From the human T2T-CHM13v2.0 reference genome, Homo sapiens: a stretch of 64,000 nt of DNA. The notes beneath the pieces were generated by a model. The model ran no database searches. It saw only the letters and a program-made list of their open reading frames with translations, and was not told the origin of the DNA. Positions 1-13,800 of this stretch are shown here, piece after piece. Numbering within the stretch: position 1 is the stretch's first letter; each line of letters begins with the position of its first letter. The stretch is from NCBI RefSeq assembly GCF_009914755.1, contig NC_060931.1. One strand, 5' to 3'. Both the position numbers and the translations under genes were made by a program.

Positions 1-3000
1 TATTCTATTGCATTCAATAATGATTCCCTTCGAGTAAATTAGATGATTCCATTCTATTCCATTTGATGATTGTTCTACTCGTGCCCATTAGATGATTCCA
101 CACGATTCCATTCCATGATGATTCTATTCGAGTCCATTAGATTATTCCATTCGATTCAATTCGAGAATGATTCCATTCAATTCCATTCATTGGTGATTGC
201 ATTCAATTCCATTCATTGATTCCATTCCATTCCATTCGCCAATGATTCCATTCGATTCCATTCTATGATTCCACATGATTCCACTTGACAATGATTCCAC
301 TTGACGATGATTCCATTCGATTCCATTCAATGACTCCATTTGATTCCATTCAATGATGATTGCTTTGATTCCATTCGATGATTCTATTCGATTCCATTGG
401 ATGATGATTCCGTTCGATTTCATTTGATGATTCCATTTGATTCTATTTGAGGATTCCATTCGTTTCCATTTGATGATGATTCCATTTGAGTCCATTCGAT
501 GATTTCATTTGATTCCATTCAATGATTCAATTCGAGTCCATTTGATGGTTCCATTCAATTCCGTTTGATGATGATTCCATTAGAGTCAGTTCGATGACTC
601 TATTTGAGTCCATTCGATAATTCCATTCGAGTCCATTCGATGATTCCATTCGATTCCATTTGATGATTCCATTCATGTCCGTTTGATCATTACTTTCATA
701 TCCATTCGGTGATTCCATTGGATTACTTTTGATGATGTTCCCATTCGATTCCATTTGACAATGATCCCATTCGATTCCATTCGATGATGATTCCATTCGA
801 GTCCATTCAGTGGTTCAAATTGATTTCATTCAATGATGATACCATTCGTGCCTTTTGATGATTCCATTCGAGTCCTTTCGTTGATTCCATCCGATTCCAT
901 TTGATGATGATTCCATTCGAGTCCATTCGATGATTGCTTTCGATTTCATTTGTTGATTCAATTGGAGTCTATTTGATTATTCCATTCGAGTCCATTCGAT
1001 GATGATTCTATTCGTTTCCATTCGATGATTCGGTTCGCTTCCATTTGATGATTCCCTGACATTCCTTTCCATGATGATGCCATTCCATTCCATTCGATGA
1101 TTCCATTCGATTCTATTCCACGATGATTCCTTTTGATTACATTCGTTGATGATTCCATTCGATTCCATTCAGTGGAGGATTCCATTCAATTCCATTCGAT
1201 GATGACTGAATTCGGTTCCATTTGATGATGATTCGAATGGATTCCATTTGAGTTCTCCATTTGATTACATTCATTGATGATTCCATTCGCTCTCGATACA
1301 TTATTATTCCATTAGATACCATTTGATGATAATTCCATTCGACACCATTCGATGACGATTCTATTCGATCCCATTCAATGATGATTCCATTTGATTCCAT
1401 TCAACTCCATTCGATGATTATTCCATTTGAGTAATTCAGTGTCTCCATTCGATACCATTCAATGATGATTTCATTCTAGTCCATTCATTGATTCCATTCC
1501 AGTCCATTTTATTATTCCTTTCAATTCCTTTCAATGATGATTACATTCTAGTCCATTCAATGATTCCATTTTATTCCATTCACTGATGATTCCATTCGAG
1601 TGCATTCAATGTTTCCATTTGATTTCATTTGATGATGATGCCATTCTATTGCATTTGATGATTCCATTCTATTCCATTTGATGATGATTCCATTTGAGTC
1701 CATTCGATGATTCCATTCGATTCCATTTGATGATGAGTCCACTTAAGTCCATTCGATGATTCCATTCGTGTCCATTCTATGATTCCGTTAGATTCCATTC
1801 GATATTGATTCCATTTGATGCCATTCGATGATTCCATTCGATTCCATTCAAGGATGATTCCACTCATGTCCATTCGATGTTTGCATTCGATTCCATTTGA
1901 TGATGATTCAATTCGTGTCCATTCCATGATTCCATTGAATTCCATTCGATGATGATTCCCTTCAAATCCATTCGATGATTGCATTCTATTACCATCAATG
2001 ATTCCATTCTGTCCCATTCTATGATTCCCTTCGATTCCATTCGATGATCATTCCATTCGATTTAATTCAGTGATTCCATTGGATTCCATTCGATGTTGAT
2101 TCCATTAGATTCAATTCGATGATGATTCCATTCGGGTCCATTAGATGATTCCATTCGATTCCATTCGAGATGATTCCATTCTATTCCATTCAAAGATGAT
2201 TCCATTCGGGTCCATTAGATGATTCCATTTGATTCCATTTGATGATGATTCCTTTCAAGTCCATTCAATGATTCTATTAGAGTCCATTGAATGATTGCTT
2301 TTGATTCCATTCGATGATGATTCCATTCCATTCCATTCGATGATGATTCCATTTGATACCATTCTATTATTCCTTTGAATTCCATTTGATGTTGATTCCA
2401 TTCTATTTCATTCGATGATTCTATTCGAATCCATTCAATTAAGATTCCATTCGATTCCATTCGTTGATTCCATTTGATTATATTTGATGATGATTCCATT
2501 TGATTCCATTTGATGATTCCCTTTGATTCCATTGCCATTCAATGATGATTCCATTCGAGTCCATTCAATGATTCCTTTTGATTCTATTGGATGATGATTC
2601 CATGCAAGTGCATTCAATGGTGATTCCATTGTATTCCATTCAATGATTCCTGTCAATTCCATTCAATGATGATTGCATTCGATTCCATTAGAAGGTTCCA
2701 TTCAATTCCATTCAAAGATGATTCCATTCCATTCCATTCAATAATTCCATTCGATTCCATCCAATGATTCCAATGGATTCCATTTGATGATGATTCCATT
2801 CGTGTCCATTCCATGATTCCATTCAATTCCATTAGATGATTATTCCATTCGAGTGCATTCGATGTTTCCAGTCAATTCCATTCAATGATGATTCCATTTG
2901 AGTCCATCCAATGACTTTATTCGATTCCATTCAATAATGATTCCCTTCGAGTCCATTTGATGATTCCATTCGAGTCCTTTTTATGATCCATTCTATTCCA

Positions 3001-6000
3001 TTCGATGATGATTCCGTTTGAGTCCATTCGACACTTCCCTTCGAGTCCATTTGATGATTCCTTTCGAGTCGAATTGATGATTCCATTCACTTCTGTTTTG
3101 TGATGTTTCCATATGATTCCATTCGATGATGATTCCATGTGATTCCTTTCGATGATGATTTCTTTTGATTCCATTTGATTATGATTCATTTCCAGTTCAT
3201 TCAATGATTCCACACGATTCCATTCGATGATGATTCCATTTGAGTCCATTCGATGATTCCTTTTGATTCTATTAGAAGATGATTCCATTTGATTCCGTTC
3301 ACTGGTGATCCCATTAAATTCCATTCAATGATTCCATTCCATTCCATTCGACAATGATTCCATTTGATTCTATTCGATGATTCCGCTCGATTCCATTTGA
3401 TGATGATTCCATTCGATTCCATTCGATGGTTCCATTCTATTCTATTCAATGATAATTCCATTCGATTCCATTCAATGATGATTGCCTTCAATTCCATTCG
3501 ATGATTCCATTCAATTTCATTCGATGATGATTCGGTTTGATTCCATTTGATGATTCCATTCGAGTCCATTCGATGATTCCATTCGAGTCCATTCGAAAAT
3601 TCCATTCAATTCCTTTCGATGATTCCATTCGATTCTATTTGATGTTTCCATTTGAGTCCATTTGTTCATTCCTTTCGTGTTCATTCGATGATTCCATTCG
3701 ATTCCATTTGATGATGATCCCATCTGATGATGATTCCATTCGAGTCCATGTGATGATTCCATTTGATTCCATTCCATGATGATTCCGTTCGAGTCCATTC
3801 GATGGTTCCATTCTATTCCATTCGATGAGGATTCCCTTCAAATCCATTTGATGATTCTATTCAAGTCCATTCAGTGATTGCTTTCAATTCCATTCGATGA
3901 TGATTCCCTTTTATTCCATGCGATGATGATTCCATTCGATGTCATACTATGATTATATTCGATTCCATTTGATGGTGATTGCATTCGATTCCATTCGATT
4001 ATTCTATTCGATTTTTTTGATGATGGTTCCATTCGTTTCCATTCAGTGTTTGCTGTTGATTACATTTGACGATGATTCCTTTCGATTCCATTCGATGAGT
4101 ACATTTGTTTCCTATCGATGATGATTCCATTTGAGTCCATTCGATTATTCCATTTGATTCCACTCAATGATGATTCCATTCGAGTCCATTCAATGGTGAT
4201 TCCATTCGATTCCATTCCAGGATTCCATTCAATTCCATTCGATGATGATTGCATTTGATTCCATTTGATGATTCCCTTCGATTCCATTCAAAGTTGATTT
4301 CTTTCGAGTCCTTTCGATAATTCCATTCGATTTCATTCTCAGATGATTCCATTCGAGTCCGTTCGATGATTCCATTCAATTCCAGTTTACGATGATTCCA
4401 TTCGAGTCCTTTTGATGATGATTACATTCACGTCCATACGATGATGACTCCTTTTGGTTCCATTCGATGATGATTCCATTCGAGTCCATTCGATGATGAT
4501 TCCATGTGATTCCATTCGATGATGACTCCTTTCGGTTCCATTCGATGATGATTCCTTTCAGTTCCATTCAAAGATTCAATTCGAGTCCATTCGATGATTC
4601 CATTCAATTCCATTCAATGATGATTCCATTCGGGTCCATTCGATGATTCCCTTTGAGTTCATTCCATGATTCCTTTTGATTCCATTCGATGTTGATTCCA
4701 TTCGAGTCCATTCGATGATTCCATTTGATTTCATTCGATGATGATTTGATTCAATTCTGTTCGATGATTCCATTCAATTCCATTCAATGACGATTCCTTT
4801 CGAGCCCATTCCAAGATTCCATTCGAGTCCATTTGATGATTCTATTTGGTTCCATTTGATGATGATTCCTTTGAATTCCATTTGTTGATGGTTCCATTCG
4901 ATCCCATTCGATGACGATTCCATTCAATTGCACTCGATGATGACTCCATTCGTTTCCATTCGATGATGATTCCATTCGATTTCATTCAATGATTCTATTC
5001 AATTCCTTTATGTGATTATTCAATTCTTTTCCATTTGATGATTCCATGTGATTCCATTCGATGATGATTCCATTCGATTCCTTTCGGTGATGATTCCATT
5101 CATTTGCATTCGATGATGACTCCATTCGGGTCCATTCAAAGATTGCATTTGATTCCATTCGATGATGATTCCATTCGAGTTCATTTGATGATTCCATTTG
5201 ACTCCATTTGATGATGATTACATTCGATGTTATTCAATGATTCCATTCGATTCCATTTGCTGATGATTCCATTTGACTCCATTCCATGAATCCATTCGAT
5301 TCCATTCCTTGATGATTCCCTTCAACTCCATTCAGTGATTCCATCAGATTCCATTCGATGAAGATTCCATGCGAGTCCATTTGATGATTTTATTCGATTC
5401 CATTTGATGATGATTACTCTCGAGTCCATTCGATGATTCCATTCGAGTACCTTCAGTTATTCCATTTGATTCTATTCGATGATGATTCCATTCGATGCCA
5501 TTCGATGATTCCTTTCATTGCCATTCAGTTGTGATTCCATTCGTGTCCATTTGATGATTCCATTCAATCCCATTTGATGATGATTCCATTCGTGGCCATT
5601 CGATGATTCCATTCGATTCCATTCGATGATGATTCCATTGGAATTCATTCGATGATTCCTCTCGATTCCATTCGATGACTCCGTTCATTCCCATTCAATG
5701 TTTCCCTTCGATTGCCTTCGATGATCATTCCATTCTATTCAATTTGGTGATTCCATTCGATGATCATTCCATTTGATGATGATTCCATTAGATTCCATTT
5801 GATGATGATTCCATTCGCTTCCATTTGATGATGATTCCATTTGAGTCCATTTGATGATTCCTTTCGATTCCATTCTATGATGATTCCAGTCAAGCCCATT
5901 TGATTATTCCATTCGAGTCCATTCGATGATTCCATTAGATTCCATTCGATGATGATTCCATTCGATGCCATTCGATGATTCCATTTGATTCCATTCAATG

Positions 6001-7240
6001 ATGATTCCATTCGTGTTCATTCGATGATTTCATTGGTTTCCATTTAATGATGATTCCATTCGAGTCCATTCCATGATTCCATTCAATTCCATTCACTGAT
6101 GACTCCATCTGAATCCATTCGATGATTCCATTTGATTCCCTTTGATGATTCCCTTTCATCCCATTCGATGATTCCGTTCGATTCCATTCGATGACCTTTC
6201 CATTTGATTCAATTCGATGATTCCGTTTGATTTCATTCGATGATGATTCCATTCAATTCCATTTGATGATGATTCCATTCGATTCCATTCGATCAAGAGT
6301 CCATTTGATTCCATGTGACGATTTCTCTCTTCGGTTCCATTTAATGGTGATTCAATTCAGTTCCATTTGATGATGATTCCTTTAGATTCCATTCAATGAT
6401 TCTATTCGTTTACATTTTTTGATGATTCCATTCGATCAAGAGTCCATTTGATTCCATTTGACGATTTCTCTGTTCGGTTCCATTTAATGATGATTCAATT
6501 CAGTTCCATTTGATGATGATTCCTTTAGATCCCATTCAATGATTCTATTCGTTTACATTTTTTGATGATTCCATTCGATTCCATTCAATGATGATTCCAT
6601 TTGATTCCATTTGATGATGGTTACATTCGGTTCCATTTGATGATGATTCCATTCGATTCCATTCAATGATGATTCCATTCGATTCCATTTGATGATGGTT
6701 ACATTCGGTTCCATTTGATGATGATTCCATTTGATTCCATTCAATGATGATTCCATTCGATTCCATTCGATGATGATTCCATTTGCTTCCATTCAATGAT
6801 GATTCCATTTGATTCCATTTGATGATGCTTCCTTTCAAGTACATTCGATGATGCTTCCTTTCAAGTCCATTGGATGATGATGCATTTTGATTCCATTCGA
6901 TGATGACTCCATTCGATTCCATTCGATGATGATTCTGTTTGATTCCATTCGATGATAATTCCATTCTTTTCCATTCGATGATGATTCCATTCCATTCCAG
7001 TCGATGATGATTCCATTCGATTCCATTCAATGATGATTCCATTCAATTACATTCGATGATGATTCCATTCGTTTCCATTCAGTGATGATTCCATTTGAGT
7101 CCATTCGATGATGATTCCATTGAAGTCCATTGGATGATGATGCCTTTTGATTCCATTCGATGATGACTCCATTCGATTCCATTCGATGATGATTCCATTG
7201 ATTCCATTAGATGATAATTCCATTCTATTCTATTCAATGA
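1..7240 (+). repeat. Divergent HSat2 (HSATII) satellite, CATTC strand on +; runs off the left edge of the window
   Basis: Continuous degenerate ATTCCATTCGATGATG / ATTCCATTCGAGTCC units of 23/26 bp with GAT interruptions and many TCGA sites. Confidence 0.92.
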
Positions 7241-7499
7241 TGATTCCACTCCATTCCATTCCACTCCATTCCACTCCTCTCCTCTCCACTCCACTCCACT
7301 CCATTGCATTCCATTCCATTCTATTCCACTGCTTTCCATTCCATTCCTTTCTTTCAAGGGTGTCTCTATCTCTGTCACCCATCCTGTAGCACAATGCCAC
7401 AATCTTATCTCTCCCATTCCATTCTATTCCTCTCCATTCAATTCCATTCAATTGAATTCCATTCCATTCCATTTTATTCCATTCCATTCCATTCCATTC
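7241..7499 (+). repeat. HSat3-like simple (CATTC/CACTC)n tract
   Basis: GATGAT interruptions and TCGA disappear; near-pure pentamers such as CCACTCCATTCCATTCC. Confidence 0.8.
7348..7412 (-). mobile_element. Degenerate Alu 3'-end fragment inside the (CATTC)n tract
   Basis: TTTCTTTCAAGGGTGTCTCTATCTCTGTCACCCATCCTGTAGCACAATGCCACAATCTT resembles antisense Alu TTTTGAGACGGAGTCTCGCTCTGTCGCCCAGGCTGGAGTGCAGTGGCGCGATCTC. Confidence 0.7.
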
Positions 7500-7845
7500 A
7501 AAAAAGAAAAAGAGTTGCAAAGTCATACTCACTTTTCTGCTCTTGTCAGACAATTAATTTCTTTTTCTTTTTATCATACATATTGCAGTGCTTATCTAAT
7601 TTTAAATATATTTTTGTTTCAAAACCCAGTTTCTTATTTGTTCTATCTGAATGTTTGCAATATATTTTACTCTCTGTTCATTCTTGGATTTCAGAACTTC
7701 AACCTTTCTGAAGCATATTTTCAGAGTTTCTCTTTAGCTTCTTTAGTGGAATTCTGCTGGTGGCATTTTGTTTTTTATCTCTAAATATGTTATTTAGCCA
7801 TAGGTTGATGAATATTTTTCTTCGTTTAGAAATTCAGAATGGCAT
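7500..7845 (-). other. Unique spacer at the satellite strand switch; inverted paralog of 37935-38295 (old L1M-like sequence)
   Basis: Its reverse complement aligns to 37935-38295 with about 15 mismatches in the first ~190 nt. The ORF track shows the shared string YILQCLSNFKY at both places. Confidence 0.93.
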
Positions 7846-10800
7846 CATCACTGAACGGAAATGAATGGAATCATCGAACGAACTTGAATGGATTAATCGA
7901 ATGGACTCGAATGGAATTATAGAATGGAATCGAATGGAATCTTCAAATGGACTCAAATGGAATCATCAACAAATGGAATCGGATGGAATCAACGAAGGGA
8001 CTCGAATGGAGTCATCAAATGGACTCAAATGGAATCATCATTGAATGGAATCAAATAGAATCATCGAATGGACTCGAATGGAATCATCAAATGGACTCGA
8101 AAGGTATTATCGAATGGATTGGAATGGAATCATCGAATGGACGCTAATGGAATCATCATCGAATGGAAAAGAATGGAATCATCAAATGGACTCGAAAGGA
8201 ATCATCGAATGGACTTGAATGGAATCATCAATAGGAGGCTAATGGAATCATCATCGAATGGAATCGAATGGAATCATCGAATGTACGGGAAAGGAGTCAT
8301 CATCGGATGGAATCGAATGGATTCATCAAATGTACTCAAATGGAATCATCATCGAATGGAATCAAATTGAATCATCGAATTGACTCGAATGGAGTCATCA
8401 TCAAATGGCATTGAATGGAATCATCAATTCGACTCGAATGGAATCATCAAATGGACTCGAAGGGAAGTGTCGAATGGACTCGAACATAATCATCATCAAA
8501 TGGAATAGGATGGAATCATCGAAAGGACTCGAATGGAATCATGAAATGGACTCGAAGGGAATCATTATTGGATGGAATCAAATAGAGTCATCAGATGGAC
8601 TCGAATGGAATCATCATTGAATGGTATTGATTGGAAACATTGAATACACTCGAATGGAATAATCATCTAATGGAATTGAATGGAAGCATGGAATGGACAC
8701 GAATGGAATCATCATCAAATGGAATCCATTGGTATCATCGAATGGAATTGAATGGAACCATCGAATGGAATTGAATGCAATCATCACTGAATGGAATTGA
8801 AAGGAATCATCGAATGGAATCCAATGGAATCACCATTGAATGTACTCGCATGGAATCATCATCAAATAGAATCGAAAGGAATCATCGAATGGACTCGAAT
8901 AGAATCGTCATCGAATGGGAATGGAATCAAATGGAATCATCAAATGGAATCAAATGGAATCATCATCAAATGTAATCAAATGGAATCATCTAATGGAATC
9001 GAATGGAATCATAATTGAATGGATTCAAATAGAATCATCGAATGAAATACAATGGAATCAACATCAAATGGAATTGAAAGGAATCAGAATGGTATCAAAT
9101 GGAATCATCATCGAATGGAATGGAATGGAATCATCATCGAATGGAATCAAAAGCAATCATTCAATGGACTCTAATAGAATCATCGAATGGACTTGAATGG
9201 AATCATCATCAAATGGAGTAGAATGGAATCATCGAATGGACCCGAATGGAATCATGACCGAATGGAATCGAATGGAACCATCAAATGGACCCAAATGGAA
9301 TCATCATTGAATGGAATAGAATGGAATCATCATCGAATGGATTCAAATGGAATCATCGAATGGAATCATCATCGAATTGAATAGAATGGAATCACCATCG
9401 AATGGAATCGAATGGAATCATGTAATGGACATGAATAGAATCATGATCGAATGGAATAAATGGAATCATCTAATGTACCTGAATGGAATCATCGTTGAAT
9501 GGAATAGAATGGTATCATCAAATGGAATCAAATGGAATCTTTATCATATGGAATCAAGTGCAATCATCAAATGGACTCGAACGTAATAATTGGAGAATGG
9601 AATCGAATGGAATCATCGAATGGACTCGAATGGAATTATCATCGAATGGAATAGAATGGAATCATCAAATGGAATCAAATGGAATCTTTATCGTATGGAA
9701 TCAAGTGCAATCATCGAATGGACTCGAACGTAATAATTGGAGAATGGAATCGAATGGAATCATCGAATGGACTCCAATGGAATCATCATCGAATGGAATC
9801 AAATGAATTCGTCTAATGGACCCAAATGGAATCATCATCGAATGGAATCGAATGGACTCATCGAATGGACTCAAATGGAATCATCATCGAATGGAATCGA
9901 ATGGAATCATCAAATGAATTAGAAAGGAATCATCATTGAGTGAAATCGAATGGAATCATCGAATGGCCTCAAATGGAATCATCATTGAATGGAATCGAAT
10001 GGAATGATCCAATGGACTTGAATGGAATTGTCATTGAATGGAATCAAAAGGAAACATCGAATGGACATTAATTGAATCATCATCGAATGGATTTGAATGG
10101 ATTCATCATCAAATGTAATCGAATAGAATCATCATTGAATGGAATCGAATGGAATCATCGAATGGAAGAGAATGGATTTATCTTGGAATGGAATCAAATA
10201 GAATCATCGAATGCAATCAAATGGAATCATCATTGAATGGAATTGAATAGAAACATCATCAAATGGAATGGAAAGGAATCATCGAATGGACACCAATGGA
10301 ACCATCATCGAATGGAATTGAATGGAATCTTTGAATGGACTCAAATGGAATCATCGTTGATTACAATCGAATGGAATCATCATCAAATGGAATTGAAAGG
10401 AATCATCATCGAATGGAATTGAATGGAAACTTCAAATGCAATAGAATTGAATCATCATTAAATGGAATCGAATAGAATCATAGAATGAAATGGAATGGAA
10501 TCATCATTGAATGGAATCAAATGAAATCATAGTCAAATGGAATCAAACGGAATCATCATCAAATGGAACCGAATAGAATCATCAATGAAAGAAATCTAAA
10601 GGATTCATCACTGAAAGGAATCGAATGGAATCATCAATGAATGGAAACAAATGGAATCATTGAATGGAATAAAATGTAATCATCATCGAATTGAACCCAA
10701 TGGAATCATTAAATGTACTCGAATGGAATCATTGATTCGAATCAAATGGAATCACCATCAAATGCAATAGAATGGAATCATCGAATGGAATTGAAAAGAA

Positions 10801-13800
10801 TCATCATTGAATGAAATCAAACGGAATCATCGTATGGACTCGAATGGAATCATCATCGAATGGAATAGAATGGAATCATCGAATGGACTCGAATGAAATC
10901 ATCATGGAATGGAATCGAATAGAATCATCATCAAATGGAATCAAACTGAATCATCATCAAATGGAATCAAATTGACTCATCGAATGGAATAGAAGGGAAT
11001 CATCATCGAATGTAATCAAATAGAATCCTCGAATGAAATCAGATGGAATCATCATCAAATGGAATCAAATGAAATCATCATCTAATGGAATTGAATGGAA
11101 TCATCATTGAGTGGAATCGAATGGAACTGTCAACAAATGTAATCGAATGGAATCATCGAATGGAACCAAATGGAATCATCATCGAATGGAACTGAATGAA
11201 TCATCATAAAATGGAACCCAACGGAGTCATCATCAAATGGAATTGAATGGAATCATAATCAAATCTAATCGAATGGAATCATCATTGAATGGAATCGAAT
11301 GGAATCACCAAATTGAAATGAATGGAATGATTATCGAATGGAATAAAAGAGAATCATTGAATGGGATCGAACGGAATCATCGAAGGGAGGTGAAAGGAAT
11401 CATCAAATGGATTTGAATGGAATAATGATTGAATGGAACTGAATGAGATCATCGAATGGACTCGAATGGAATCATCATCAAATGGAATCGAATGGAATCA
11501 CTGAATTGAATCAAATGGAATCATCATCAAATGGAATCGAATGGAATCACTGAATTGAATCAAATGGAATGATCATCGAATGAAATCAAAGGGAATCATC
11601 GAATGGGATTGAATGGAGTCATCGAATGCAATCAAGGGGAAACATTGAATGGACTCAAATGGAAACCTCATTGAATGTAATCAAATGGAATCATCTAATG
11701 GACCCATATCGAATCATCATGAAATGGAATCGAATGGAATCATCTAATGGACTCATATGGAATCATCATTGAATGGAATCGAATGGAATCATTGAATGGA
11801 TTCTAATGGCATCATCACCAAATGGAATTGAATGGAATCATCGAATACACACGAATGGAATCATCGTTGAATCATTGAATGCAATCGAATGGAATCATCA
11901 TCAAATGGAATCTAATGGAATAATCGAATGGACTAGAATGGAATCATCAAAAGGACTTAAGCGGAATCATTATAGAATGGAATCGAATGGAATCATTGAA
12001 TGGACTCGAATGGAATCATCATCGAGTGGAATTGAATGGAATCATCAAAAGGACGTGAATGGAATCATAATCAAATGGAATCATCATCGAATGGAATTGA
12101 ATAGAATCATCAAATGGATGAAAATGGAATCATCATCAAATGGAATCCATTGGAATCATCGAATGGAATCGAATAGAAATATCGAATGGAATCAAATGGA
12201 ATCATCTTTGAATAAAATGGAATGGAATCACTAGGTGGAATATAATGCAATCATCATTGACTGGAATCGAATGGAACCATCGAATGGAATCGAATGGAAT
12301 CACCATTGAATGGAATCAAATGGAACCATCATTGAATAGAACTGAAAGGAATAATCAAATGGAATCAAATGGAACCATCATTGAATAGAACTGAAAGGAA
12401 TAATCAAATGGACCCAAATGGAGTCATCATCGAATGGAATTGAATGGAATCACCATCGAATGAAATCGAACGGAATCATTTAATGGACACGAATGGAATC
12501 ATCATCGAATGGAATTGAATGGAATCATCGAATGGACTCGAATGGAATCATCAAGGAATATGATCGAAAGCAATCATCAAGTGGATTCGAATAGAATGAT
12601 CAAATGGACTCGAATGCAATCATCATTGAATGAAATCAAATGGAATCATCGAAAGGACTCGAATGCAATCATCAATGAGTGGAATCGAGTGGAATCATCA
12701 AATGGAATCAAATTGAATCATCATCATATGAAATCGAATGGAATAATCGAATGGACTCGAACGGAATCATCATTGAATAGAATTGAATAGAATCATCGAA
12801 TGGGCTTGAAAGGAATCATCATCAAATGGAATCAAAAGGAATCATCGAATAGAATCGAATGTAATTATTGTCTAATGAAATCGCATTGAATCATCGAATG
12901 GACTCGAGTGGAATCATCATCTAATGAAATCGAATGGAGTCATTGACTGGACTCGAATGGAGTCATCATCAAATGTAATGGAATGGAATCATCAAATGGA
13001 TTAGAATGGAATCATCATCGAATGAAATCGAATGGAATCATTGAATGGAATAGAAGGGAATCATCTTTGAATGGAATCAAATAGAATCATCGAATGAAAT
13101 CAAATGGAATCATCATTGAATGGAATCGAATGGAATCATCATGGAAAGGAATTGAATAGAATCATCATCGAATGTAATGAAATGGAATCATGGAATAGAC
13201 ACGAATGGAATCATCATCAAATGGAATTGAATGGAGTCATGGAACAAACTCGAATGGGATCATCATCAAATGGAATCCATTGGAATCATCAAATGGAATC
13301 GAATGGAATTATCGAATGGAATCAAATGGAATCATCTTTGAATAAAATCAAATGGAATCATCGAAGGGAATCTAATGCAATCATCATCAAATGGAATCGA
13401 ATGGAACCATAGAATGCAGTCGAATGGAATCACAATTTAATGGACTCGAATGGAATCACAATTTAATGGATTCGAATGGAATAATCATTGAATAGAATTT
13501 AAAGGAAACATCGAATGGAATCAAATGGAATCATCATCGAATGGAATCGAATGGAATCAACGAATGGAACTGAGTGGAATCATCATCGAATGCAATTGAA
13601 TGGAATCATCATCGAACGGTACCGTTTGGAATCATCAACGAATGGAGTACAATGGAATCATCATCGAATGGAATCGTCAAATCCCCTCTAATGGAATCAT
13701 TGAATGGACTCGAATGGAATCATCATTGAATGGAATCAAATGGGATCATCTTGGAATGGAATCAAATGGAATCATTGAATGGAATTGAATGCAATCATCA

